Of a stretch of 64,000 nucleotides of DNA, positions 28,732 to 38,118 are shown piece after piece. This DNA is from an uncultured Desulfospira sp. (GTDB lineage Bacteria; Desulfobacterota; Desulfobacteria; Desulfobacterales; Desulfobacteraceae). Numbering within the stretch: position 1 is the first letter of the stretch; every line of letters starts with the position of its first letter. Where the stretch lies: contig OY760175.1 of NCBI GenBank assembly GCA_963663165.1, forward strand, positions 640,001 to 704,000. The letters are read 5' to 3'. Below the pieces are notes generated by a model. The model made no database searches. It was not told the origin of the DNA and saw only the letters and a list, made by a program, of their open reading frames with translations. The position numbers were made by a program, and so were the translations under genes.

Positions 28732-30414
28732 TTATCGGGTCAGCTGCCGGTATTTGATCCGGGTGGGCTGGTCTGCTTTAATGCCCAGCCGTTTTTTTCT
28801 ATCCTTTTCATAGTCTGAATAGGATCCTTCAAAGAACAGGGTCTGGCTGTCCCCTTCAAAGGCCAGGATATGGGTGGCGATACGGTCCAGGAACCAGCGG
28901 TCATGGCTGATAATCACGGCGCAGCCGGCAAAATTTTCAATGGCCTCCTCTAACGCCCGCATGGTGTTGACATCCAGGTCATTGGTGGGTTCGTCCAGCA
29001 GCAGGACATTGGCCTCCTGCCGGAGCAGGGTGGCCATGTGGACCCGGTTGCGCTCCCCGCCCGAGAGGTCTTTAACCCTTTTTTGCTGGTCAGTTCCTGA
29101 AAAGTTGAATTTTCCCACATAGGCCCTGGCATTGATTTCCCTACCGCCCATAAGCAGTTTTTCCTGGCCCTGGGATATGGTTTCAAAGATCGTTTTTTCA
29201 GGGTCAAGGGTGTCCCGCTCCTGGTCTACATAGGCCAGGCGGACACTCTGGCCCAGTTCAATTTTTCCGGAATCCGGGACCTCTTTTCCCGTGATCATGT
29301 TGAACAAGGTGGTCTTGCCCGCCCCGTTGGGACCGATCACACCAACAATGGCCCCGGGGGGCAGGATAAAGTTCATGTCATCCACCAGAAACTTTTCACC
29401 AAAGGCTTTGGAAACCTGCTCGGCTACAATAACCTTGTCCCCGAGCCGGGGCCCTGGTGGAATGAAAATTTCCATTTTCTCTTCCTGGTCTTTGACATCT
29501 TTTTTGAGCAGCTCTTCATAAGCGCTGATCCTGGCCTTGGATTTGGACCGCTTGCCCTTGGGTGACATGTTGATCCATTCCAGTTCCCTTTGAAGGGTTT
29601 TCTGCCGCTTGCTTTCCCCTTTGGCCTCATTGGCCAGTCGTCGTTGTTTCTGGTCCAGCCAGGACGAGTAATTTCCCTTCCAGGGAATGCCTTCTCCCCG
29701 GTCAAGCTCCAGGATCCACCCGGCCACGTTGTCCAGAAAATACCGGTCATGGGTGACGGCAATGACCGTGCCTTCATACTGGCTCAAATGCTGTTCGAGC
29801 CAGGCCACGGACTCAGCGTCCAGGTGGTTGGTGGGCTCGTCCAGAAGCAGGATGTCCGGCTTGCTGAGCAATAGACGGCACAGGGCCACCCGCCGTTTTT
29901 CACCGCCGGAGATCCTGTCCACCCCAACGTCTTCGGGGGGGCATCTGAGAGCATCCATGGCCATTTTCAGCCGGGCGTCCAGGTCCCATGCATCCATGTG
30001 GTCCAGCTTGTCCTGGAGTTTGCCCTGGCGCTCAATGAGCTTGTCCATTTCGTCATCTGACATGGGATTGGCAAACTCTTCGGAAATTTTTTCATACTCT
30101 TTGAGCAGGTCCACCACTTCCTGAACCCCTTCTTCCACCACTTCACGGACAGTTTTTTGACTATCCATTAACGGCTCTTGTTCCAGAAAGCCTATGGTAA
30201 ACCCTTTGGACAAAATGGTTTCACCGGTAAATTCTTTATCAACGCCGGCCATGATTTTAAGCAGGGAGCTTTTCCCCGAGCCGTTTAAGCCCAGGACCCC
30301 GATTTTGGCCCCGTAAAAATACGACAGGGAAATGTCCTTGAGGACCTGGCGTTTGCCATGAAACTTACTCACGTTAATCATGGAAAAAATTACTTTCTTC
30401 GTATCTTCAGTCAT
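28732..30414 (-). CDS. ettA: Energy-dependent translational throttle protein EttA (ABC-F)
   Basis: GAKIGVLGLNGSGKS, SGGEKRRVALCRLL, GIPWKGNYSSWL, C-terminal RIKYRQL. Confidence 0.95.
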   Translation of the reverse strand: MTEDTKKVIFSMINVSKFHGKRQVLKDISLSYFYGAKIGVLGLNGSGKSSLLKIMAGVDKEFTGETILSKGFTIGFLEQEPLMDSQKTVREVVEEGVQEVVDLLKEYEKISEEFANPMSDDEMDKLIERQGKLQDKLDHMDAWDLDARLKMAMDALRCPPEDVGVDRISGGEKRRVALCRLLLSKPDILLLDEPTNHLDAESVAWLEQHLSQYEGTVIAVTHDRYFLDNVAGWILELDRGEGIPWKGNYSSWLDQKQRRLANEAKGESKRQKTLQRELEWINMSPKGKRSKSKARISAYEELLKKDVKDQEEKMEIFIPPGPRLGDKVIVAEQVSKAFGEKFLVDDMNFILPPGAIVGVIGPNGAGKTTLFNMITGKEVPDSGKIELGQSVRLAYVDQERDTLDPEKTIFETISQGQEKLLMGGREINARAYVGKFNFSGTDQQKRVKDLSGGERNRVHMATLLRQEANVLLLDEPTNDLDVNTMRALEEAIENFAGCAVIISHDRWFLDRIATHILAFEGDSQTLFFEGSYSDYEKDRKKRLGIKADQPTRIKYRQLTR

Positions 30415-30424
30415 TTTGATTCCT

Positions 30425-30799
30425 TTATTTTATAGCTGTCACTTCTATTTCAACCAGGGCATCCTTGGGCAGCCGGCCAACCTCAACGGCTGATCTGGCC
30501 GGTTTATGACCGTTAAGGGCTTTTTCATACACCTGGTTCATGCCGGCAAAATCATCCATGGAAGCCAGAAAAACCGTGGTTTTGATAATTTGATCCAGGC
30601 CGGTTCCGGCAGCCATTAAAACGGCGGAGATATTTTTCATTACCTGATGGGTCTGCGCTTCAATGGTGGTGCCCACAAGTTCCATGGTTTCAGGATCAAG
30701 GGCAATCTGGCCCGAACAGAATACCATATGGTTATGGACCACTGCGTGGCTGTAAGGACCGATGGCCGCCGGGGCCTTGGTTGCATGAATTAAGTTCAT
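30425..30799 (-). CDS. RidA/YjgF family enamine deaminase
   Basis: APAAIGPYS, SGQI, PARSAVEV..LP..ALVEIE. Confidence 0.93.
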   Translation of the reverse strand: MNLIHATKAPAAIGPYSHAVVHNHMVFCSGQIALDPETMELVGTTIEAQTHQVMKNISAVLMAAGTGLDQIIKTTVFLASMDDFAGMNQVYEKALNGHKPARSAVEVGRLPKDALVEIEVTAIK

Positions 30800-30820
30800 T
30801 GAACCTCCTTGTTTGAAAAA

Positions 30821-30897
30821 ATTAGCAGTTGGCGTTTAGCCGTTAGCCGGAGAATCAACCCCTAAAGGCGAACAGCTAAACGCTAACAGCTAATCGC
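30821..30897. repeat. TTAGCnn/nnGCTAA heptamer inverted repeat
   Basis: ttagcag ttggcgt ttagccg ttagccg ... agctaaa cgctaac agctaat. Confidence 0.75.
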
Positions 30898-33024
30898 TCA
30901 TACCGCCACCACCGGCTCTTTGAGGATCAGGTCCACTGCCCGCAGGGCCGTATCTGAAAGCCGGGGGAAATGGTCGTCTAACTTGGCCACCTGTCTTAAG
31001 TTTTCCGCTGTTCTGAGCATAAGCCGGGCAAAATCCCCTTCCGGATAATCCGAGCCGTGCATAAGCTCTTCCCATTCCATGCCCCTGGACCAGGCAAAGG
31101 TTAACAGGGCCGGCTGGATGTACAGGTTGGGGGCCAAAAATCCTTTTTGCAGCATTTTAACGGCAAAGGGTTTGAGGCCTTTTCTTAAGTCCAGGAAGCA
31201 CTCTTTCAGCCGTTTGGACATGGATCCCCTGTAGAGGACATCATCCCGGAACTCTTTTTCATTGACAAAAGAAGCCATGACCGCAGCCAGCAGTGGCGGA
31301 TCTTTTTCAGGCAAAAGGTTCTCCTTGATAGACTCGGCCACTAAAAGCGGCGAATCTATCCTTAATTTGGAGGCCCAGATTCCGTCCGGGGTAAGTTCCC
31401 CTTCCGGGGTGACAAACCCTTCCTGGGCCAGAAAATCCATATGGTCCAGGAAATCAACCCACAGATGTTCCAAATCATCACCAAATTTTTTCCGGGCCAT
31501 TCGGGCGGCCTTTTTCTTGCCTGATGACATTTGAAACGAAGCAAAAGACTTGGAAAGAAGGGTCTGGATCTGATCCGGGGTATGAGACAGCAGCAGGTTC
31601 AGCACCATGGAAAAATTAATTTTGATCTGGGAATCCACATCCAGGGCAGGGGCATCCACAAGGCCGGCCAGATAGGGAATATTCATGTATTTTCCCGGAA
31701 GGGCCATGGCAAATCCGATTTTATCCTTGCCCCTCCGGCCGGCCCGGCCGGCCATCTGCTGAAATTCACTGGGGGACAGGGGGATAAACTCAACCCCGTT
31801 GAACCGGTCAGAGTTTAAGATTACGACTGACCTTGCCGGGAAATTAACCCCGGCGGCCACCGTGGAGGTGGCGAACATGGCATGCAGATATCCTTTGGCC
31901 ATAAGGGTTTCCACCACCACTTTCCAGGCCGGCAGGTGGCCGCTGTGGTGGGCTGCGGTTCCGGTCAGTTCAAGGGATAGCCGCTGGGCATGTTTTTTTA
32001 AATGGGTGCTGCTGGACACCAGTTCATCCAGGGTTTCAACCAGGGCCCGGGCCTTGTCCGGATGTTTTTGCTGAAGCTTTTTGCCGACCATTTTGACCGC
32101 CTGGTCGCACTCGGCACGGGATTTAAGAAAAAAAATGGCCGGCAGCAGGTCAAACTCATCCATGATCTGTAAGATGTCGTCAAAGGGCGGCAGTTTTCCA
32201 GGGGGCGCCAGAAAGGGCGGCCTTTTGGAATGGACATACTTAAATACCTTTTTGTGCAGCCGGGGTTTATCCTTGGGATGTTCTGCTGCGGCCAGCAATG
32301 GAAACAGGGTGCCGGACGGATGCAGGAAGATCGGGTGCAGGGGCACAGGCCGCTCCTTGTTTTCCACTAAGCGGCACGCCTTTCCCCGGATGCTGGACAG
32401 CCACCCGGCAATGAGTTCCGGGTTGCCGATGGTGGCGGACAGCATCAGCAGCGGAATCCGGACCGGCAGATAGATCATGATCTCTTCCCAGACCACGCCC
32501 CGTTCCTCATCCCCTAAAAAGTGGGCCTCATCCAGGATAATGAGATCGCACTTAAGGCTTTCTCCCTTATGCATGGCGTCATACAGCTGGTTTCTTAAAA
32601 TTTCCGTGGTGCCGATGACAATGGCGGCGTCGCTGTTTTCCTTGATGTCCCCGGTAAGGATTCCGACATTTTCGCTGCCGAACAACTGAGAAAATCGGGC
32701 ATGAATGGAATTGGTCAAGGCCTTTAACGGGGTGGCGTACCAGGTTTTGCCATGGGCGGAAAAATTGGTTTCAGTGGCCTGCTCAGCAATCCAGGTTTTC
32801 CCTGATCCCGTAGGGGCCGTAACCAGGCAGTCTGCGGTTTTAACCGCCTCAATGGCCTCAATTTGAAACGGGTCCGGCTTAAAGGGTTCGGGTTCGGGGA
32901 TTCCGATCTGCTGAAAGGTTTGTTTTAATCCCTTGTCGGCAGCCGGTGTCAGGCTGACCATGGTCTGCTTCTTTCGGGACTCGGATCCGTTCCGGGCCCG
33001 GGGGCGGTAATATCGTTTATTCAT
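30898..33024 (-). CDS. Ski2/HelY-like SF2 RNA helicase
   Basis: PDPFQ, APTGSGKT, PLKALTN, LDEAHFL, LSAT, HHSG, QMAGRAGRRG. Confidence 0.9.
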   Translation of the reverse strand: MNKRYYRPRARNGSESRKKQTMVSLTPAADKGLKQTFQQIGIPEPEPFKPDPFQIEAIEAVKTADCLVTAPTGSGKTWIAEQATETNFSAHGKTWYATPLKALTNSIHARFSQLFGSENVGILTGDIKENSDAAIVIGTTEILRNQLYDAMHKGESLKCDLIILDEAHFLGDEERGVVWEEIMIYLPVRIPLLMLSATIGNPELIAGWLSSIRGKACRLVENKERPVPLHPIFLHPSGTLFPLLAAAEHPKDKPRLHKKVFKYVHSKRPPFLAPPGKLPPFDDILQIMDEFDLLPAIFFLKSRAECDQAVKMVGKKLQQKHPDKARALVETLDELVSSSTHLKKHAQRLSLELTGTAAHHSGHLPAWKVVVETLMAKGYLHAMFATSTVAAGVNFPARSVVILNSDRFNGVEFIPLSPSEFQQMAGRAGRRGKDKIGFAMALPGKYMNIPYLAGLVDAPALDVDSQIKINFSMVLNLLLSHTPDQIQTLLSKSFASFQMSSGKKKAARMARKKFGDDLEHLWVDFLDHMDFLAQEGFVTPEGELTPDGIWASKLRIDSPLLVAESIKENLLPEKDPPLLAAVMASFVNEKEFRDDVLYRGSMSKRLKECFLDLRKGLKPFAVKMLQKGFLAPNLYIQPALLTFAWSRGMEWEELMHGSDYPEGDFARLMLRTAENLRQVAKLDDHFPRLSDTALRAVDLILKEPVVAV

Positions 33025-33041
33025 TTTTTTAAAATCCCGGA

Positions 33042-33509
33042 TCAGTTTCTCAGACAGGCCACCAGCCGGTCCGGCTTTTCAAAATAAGCAAAGGCATCCA
33101 GAATGTGGGAAACCAGAATATCCGCTGCCGTAAGCGCACAAACGGCGGTCCCTTCTTCAAGCAGGACGGCAATTCCCAAGGCGGCCTCCTTGAGCATAAG
33201 GCGGTCATTGACCCCGTTTCCGGCACAAAGGGTTTTTTCAGGGCCCAGCTGCCGTAAATAATCGAGTTTGGCCTGGTCCTGGTTTTGTTTGGGGATGACC
33301 ACCACCTTGCAGGGGGTCCCGTTCAGGGCATCTTCCACGCTGCCGAAGGTATCGGCGGTGATGACATGAACGGATACGGTCTGGGCAAGCACATTGATTT
33401 TTTCCTTGACCCCCTTTAACAGCCGGCCGTCAACCGCCAGGGTGCCGTTATAGTCTAACAGAACGTTTTCGATGGTGATCTTCCCTGTTCCGGGGATATC
33501 GAATATCAT
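33042..33509 (-). CDS. HAD-family hydrolase (soluble P-type ATPase-like)
   Basis: LDYNGTLA, ITADTFG, GNGVND. Confidence 0.88.
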   Translation of the reverse strand: MIFDIPGTGKITIENVLLDYNGTLAVDGRLLKGVKEKINVLAQTVSVHVITADTFGSVEDALNGTPCKVVVIPKQNQDQAKLDYLRQLGPEKTLCAGNGVNDRLMLKEAALGIAVLLEEGTAVCALTAADILVSHILDAFAYFEKPDRLVACLRN

Positions 33510-33776
33510 GATGTTATCCTGAACAATGAAAAAAAGTATAAAGCCAATGGGTTTAAGTTCGGGGTCGATAGTGAGTTATCCCGTTTATAGAAAAATTCCG
33601 GCACAATATCAAGACAGATTCACCTCAAGACCGGAAACCGGTTGCCCTGCCGGTCTGTTGTTGACACTTTGTTAAGGGTTTGATAGGTTTTTGTTCGCAA
33701 AAACGCCATGTTTAAAAAGAATTTAAGTGTTTGCCCGTTTTTTTACCGCTCAAATTAATAAAAAAGGAAGGAAACC

Positions 33777-34121
33777 ATGTCTGAAAATCAGGAACAAGAC
33801 GACGGCATCATTGAGTTGACCGAAGTGGTTGACCTTGATTCTTATGATGATTCAACTGAAGATGGCGTCATTGAACTGACTGAGGCCCTGCCCGCAACCA
33901 ATACAAAAGACAGCGAGCCGTTAACCCAAGCCGGTGAAGCGGATACGGCCGATGTTTCTTCGGACATGGTTGAAAAGGCCCTGGAAAAAGTGATTGAAAA
34001 AAAGTTTGCCGGAAAAATAGAATCCATTCTTTTTGAAGTCATGGAAAAAGTCATCGAAAAAGAAATCAAGGAGATCAAGGACAGCCTTCAAAAAGATCTG
34101 GACCGGATCAGCAGGCAATGA
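33777..34121 (+). CDS. Acidic hypothetical protein, PopZ/RomR-C-like architecture
   Basis: Two (D/E)DG(I/V)IELTE motifs, acidic linker, C-terminal amphipathic helices; AAGGAAGG RBS; upstream of valS. Confidence 0.7.
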   Translation: MSENQEQDDGIIELTEVVDLDSYDDSTEDGVIELTEALPATNTKDSEPLTQAGEADTADVSSDMVEKALEKVIEKKFAGKIESILFEVMEKVIEKEIKEIKDSLQKDLDRISRQ

Positions 34122-34230
34122 TGTCACATTTCACAACTTCGGGGTTTCATTTTTGGGGATTTTTATCCCCTTTTTCATTCTAAAGCAAACAGCTAATGGC
34201 TAAAAGCTAAAATAATTGAGGAGTTAGATT

Positions 34231-36891
34231 ATGGGTTCGGATACTCTGGATAAAGGATATGAACCTTCCGGAATCGAAGCAAAATGGTACCAGTACTGGC
34301 TGGATAACGGTTATTTCAAGGCAGCGGACAAAAGCGATAAGCCATCGTTTTCAATTGTTATTCCACCGCCCAATGTGACCGGTGTGCTTCATATGGGCCA
34401 TGCCCTGAACAACGTGATTCAGGATATTATGTGCCGTTACAGGCGGCTGATCGGGTACAATGTTCTGTGGATGCCGGGCACCGACCATGCGGGTATTGCC
34501 ACCCAGAACGTGGTGGAACGGGACCTGGCCGCCAAAGGGCAGACCCGGGACATGCTGGGCCGGGAAAAATTCATTGAACAGGTCTGGAAATGGCGGGAAA
34601 AATCAGGCGGCGCCATTATCAACCAGCTCAAACGGCTGGGTGCATCCTGCGACTGGGACCGGGAGCGGTTTACCATGGACGAGGGGTTGTCCGATGCGGT
34701 CCGCAAGGTTTTTGTCAGGCTGTACAAGGAAGGCCTGATCTATGAAGACCAGTACATCATCAACTGGTGTCCCCGGTGTAAAACCGCCCTGGCCGATCTG
34801 GAAGTCGAATATGAAGAACGAGATTCTTACCTTTACTATATCCGTTATCCGTTCAAGGGACAGAAAAAAGGGCTGACCGTTGCCACCACAAGGCCCGAGA
34901 CCCTTTTCGGCGATACGGCCGTTGCCGTAAACCCTGAAGATGGGCGGTTCAAGGATCTAGCCCATACCCAGGTGGTATTGCCCCTTACCGACCGGGTCAT
35001 TCCCATTATCCGGGACACCTATGTGGACACTCAATTCGGTACCGGTGCCCTTAAGGTTACCCCGGCCCATGACCCCAACGACTTTCATCTGGGTGAAAAA
35101 CACGGCCTTGAAAAACTCAAGGTGATTGACGAAGACGGCAAAATGATGGAGGGGGCCGGCAAATTCAAGGGCCTTGACCGGTTTGAATGCCGCAAGCAGG
35201 CCGTGGAGGAATTGACGAGCCTGGGACTGCTTGAAAAAAAGGAACCCTTGAAAAACAGCGTGGGCAACTGCTACCGGTGCCACACCGATGTGGAGCCCTC
35301 CATTTCCAAACAATGGTTTGTCAAGGTCGGCCCCCTGGCCGAAAAGGCATCCGAGGCCGTCCGGTCCGGCCGGACAAAAATTATCCCTGAGACCTGGGAC
35401 AAGACCTATTTTGAATGGATGGACAATATCCGTGACTGGTGTATTTCCCGGCAGATCTGGTGGGGACACCGGATCCCGGTATGGAAGTGCCAGGACTGCG
35501 GACAAGTTATTGTTGAAGAGGTTGATCCCGATGCCTGTACGGCCTGCCAGTCCAAAAATATTATCCAGGAAACCGATGTACTGGACACCTGGTTTTCCAG
35601 TGCGCTATGGCCCTTTTCCACCATGGGATGGCCCCAGCAGACAGACCTGCTCAAGACCTTTTATCCCACCAATGTTCTGGTGACCGGCTTTGATATTTTA
35701 TTTTTCTGGGTGGCCAGAATGATGATGATGGGGATTCATTTCATGGATGAAGTTCCCTTTGATGATGTGTATATCCATGCCCTGGTCCGGGATGAACACG
35801 GCAAAAAAATGAGCAAGTCCAAAGGCAATGTTATTGATCCGCTCAAGGTCATTGACGAGTATGGGGCCGATGCCTTCAGGTTTACATTGGCCGCCTTTGC
35901 CGCCCAGGGCAGGGACGTAAAGATGTCTGAATCCCGGGTGGAAGGGTACCGGCATTTTGTGAACAAACTGTGGAATGCCGCCCGGTTTGCCCTGATGCAT
36001 ATTTCAGGTGATGTGCCAAAAATCGACCGCAAAAAACTGTCTCTGCCTGAAAAATGGATTCTGTCCAGGTCCTGTGCCACGGCCCTTGCCGTTAAAGAGG
36101 GGATCGAAGGGTATAAATTTAACGAAGCCGCCTCTGCCGTGTATCAGTTTGTCTGGCATGAGTTCTGTGACTGGTTCATTGAAACGGCCAAGCCCGCCCT
36201 TTACGAGAAAGAAGGGGGACCCCGGCGGGGCATGGTCTGTGCCGTATTGTCAAAGGTACTCGAAGACATTCTGGTTATGCTGCATCCCTTTATGCCCTTT
36301 GTTACCGAAGAAATTTACCATATTCTGCCCACCACCCAGGGCTCTGTCATGAAGGCCTCATTTCCCTATGATGAGACGGCCTATGCCCTTGACCGGAATG
36401 AAAAGGCGGAAGCGGATATGGCCTTTGTATTTGAGCTGATTTCCGGGGTACGGAACATCCGAAGCGAAATGAATATCCAGCCTTCGGCCAGAATCAAGGT
36501 TCTGGCCTATACCCAGGATGAGACAGAAAAAATCATTATTGCGGAAAACAAGGCCGTGATGGTGAACCTGGCCGGACTGGAAAGTTTTTACTTCTGTGAA
36601 TCCGACACCATTCCGCCCTCGTCAGCCGCTTCAGTGACGGGCGGCACTACCTGCTATGTCTCTTTGGAAGGGGTCATTGACTTTCAAAAAGAAATAAAGC
36701 GCCTGAAAAAAGAATTGGAGAAAAACACCAAAGAACTGGTCGGGGTCCAAAAACGGCTCAACAATGAAAGTTTTCTGGACAAGGCCCCCCAGGAAGTCAT
36801 TGAAAAGGTCAAAGGGCTTCACCAGGAGCTCGAAGAAAAAGGAGAGAAACTCTCCCTTAACCTGAAACGGATCCAGGAAATGGCGGGATAG
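34231..36891 (+). CDS. valS: Valyl-tRNA synthetase
   Basis: PPPNVTGVLHMGHA, DWCISRQIWWGH, KMSKS, C-terminal coiled coil. Confidence 0.98.
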   Translation: MGSDTLDKGYEPSGIEAKWYQYWLDNGYFKAADKSDKPSFSIVIPPPNVTGVLHMGHALNNVIQDIMCRYRRLIGYNVLWMPGTDHAGIATQNVVERDLAAKGQTRDMLGREKFIEQVWKWREKSGGAIINQLKRLGASCDWDRERFTMDEGLSDAVRKVFVRLYKEGLIYEDQYIINWCPRCKTALADLEVEYEERDSYLYYIRYPFKGQKKGLTVATTRPETLFGDTAVAVNPEDGRFKDLAHTQVVLPLTDRVIPIIRDTYVDTQFGTGALKVTPAHDPNDFHLGEKHGLEKLKVIDEDGKMMEGAGKFKGLDRFECRKQAVEELTSLGLLEKKEPLKNSVGNCYRCHTDVEPSISKQWFVKVGPLAEKASEAVRSGRTKIIPETWDKTYFEWMDNIRDWCISRQIWWGHRIPVWKCQDCGQVIVEEVDPDACTACQSKNIIQETDVLDTWFSSALWPFSTMGWPQQTDLLKTFYPTNVLVTGFDILFFWVARMMMMGIHFMDEVPFDDVYIHALVRDEHGKKMSKSKGNVIDPLKVIDEYGADAFRFTLAAFAAQGRDVKMSESRVEGYRHFVNKLWNAARFALMHISGDVPKIDRKKLSLPEKWILSRSCATALAVKEGIEGYKFNEAASAVYQFVWHEFCDWFIETAKPALYEKEGGPRRGMVCAVLSKVLEDILVMLHPFMPFVTEEIYHILPTTQGSVMKASFPYDETAYALDRNEKAEADMAFVFELISGVRNIRSEMNIQPSARIKVLAYTQDETEKIIIAENKAVMVNLAGLESFYFCESDTIPPSSAASVTGGTTCYVSLEGVIDFQKEIKRLKKELEKNTKELVGVQKRLNNESFLDKAPQEVIEKVKGLHQELEEKGEKLSLNLKRIQEMAG

Positions 36892-36923
36892 AGGCCCTGA
36901 CAATAAGGTTGATCTCCAAAACA

Positions 36924-37008
36924 AGGGACTTGAGACTTGGGGTATGGGACTTGGGGATTGCAGTATCCACGGCCTACCCAAGTCCCATATCCCATATCCC
37001 AAGTCCCT
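36924..37008. repeat. GGGACTT/GGGTAT heptamer hairpin between convergent valS and DGC genes
   Basis: gggacttgagacttggggtatgggacttgggg ... cccaagtcccatatcccatatcccaagtccc. Confidence 0.8.
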
Positions 37009-37092
37009 ATTTTATACATTAATAAACTTACCGGTAAACGGAGGCATTTTGTGGCAGGGTGTGGTGGCAGGTTTGCTGAGCGTTTGTAACGG

Positions 37093-37989
37093 CTATTCGA
37101 AATTGAGTTGATTCCGGCCGTTTTCTTTGGATTTGTATAACAATTTGTCCGTTCGCTTGATAAATGCGGATACGTCTTCTCCGTCCTTGATCTGGGCGGC
37201 CCCGATGCTGACGGTAACCGTCACTTTCTTCCCGGGTTCCGGTTCAAAGATTTCATCGGCAATTTTATCCTTGATTCTTTCTCCGACCACGCAGGCTTTA
37301 TCGATGCCTGTTTCAGGAAGAATAATGGTAAATTCTTCTCCGCCGTACCGGTAGGCCGTATCCATGGACCGCATGCAGGCACTGATAATCCGTCCAAAGC
37401 TCATCAGGACTTTGTCCCCTTCAAGGTGGCCCCAGGTATCGTTGTACCGTTTAAAATAATCAATATCCAGCAGCAGCATGGACAAGGGCCGGGAATACCG
37501 GGTAAACCGTTCGATTTCCATTTTAATCTGGCGGAAAAACTGCCTGGAGTTAAACAGGCCGGTCAGGGAGTCGGTGATGGCCAGCTGTTCCATTTCCTTG
37601 AGCATTTTGGCCCGTTCCCGTTTAAAGGCAGCCTCCCTTAAAACCCGTTTTAAGCGAAGGTCGAGTTCCTTGAACCGGAACGGCTTGAAAATAAAGTCAC
37701 TGGCCCCGGCATTCACGGCTTCTTCATAGGAATATTCAGCGCTGTATCCGGTCATGACCATGACATCGATATCGTGTTTTTTCTTGATTTCCTTGGTCAG
37801 TTCAAGGCCGTCCATGCCCTGCATCATGATATCGGTGAGCACCACATCGGCTTTGAAAAATTCGAGGATCTGCAAGGCATCTTCTGCACTGGAAGCGCTT
37901 TTGACATCAAAGGCAAGGATTTTAAGGTACTCTTCCACAGACTCTTTGATGGCTATGTCATCATCGACTACCAGTATAGAATGGGCCAT
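37093..37989 (-). CDS. REC-GGDEF diguanylate cyclase response regulator
   Basis: ILVVDDD...TDIMM...KPF receiver; DIDYFK.YND..GH..GD, RxxD I-site (RSMD), RYGGEEF. Confidence 0.93.
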   Translation of the reverse strand: MAHSILVVDDDIAIKESVEEYLKILAFDVKSASSAEDALQILEFFKADVVLTDIMMQGMDGLELTKEIKKKHDIDVMVMTGYSAEYSYEEAVNAGASDFIFKPFRFKELDLRLKRVLREAAFKRERAKMLKEMEQLAITDSLTGLFNSRQFFRQIKMEIERFTRYSRPLSMLLLDIDYFKRYNDTWGHLEGDKVLMSFGRIISACMRSMDTAYRYGGEEFTIILPETGIDKACVVGERIKDKIADEIFEPEPGKKVTVTVSIGAAQIKDGEDVSAFIKRTDKLLYKSKENGRNQLNFE

Positions 37990-38118
37990 GCTGTTCGCTC
38001 CTGGGGTTTCTCACTGTCAAAGCTGCGATCTTGACAGTTTTTAATGCAATTGTTAAATGTTTCGCTTAGAATTAAACTAAAATAATAATTGTTGTCAACC
38101 TCTTAATTTGGAGTCCAA

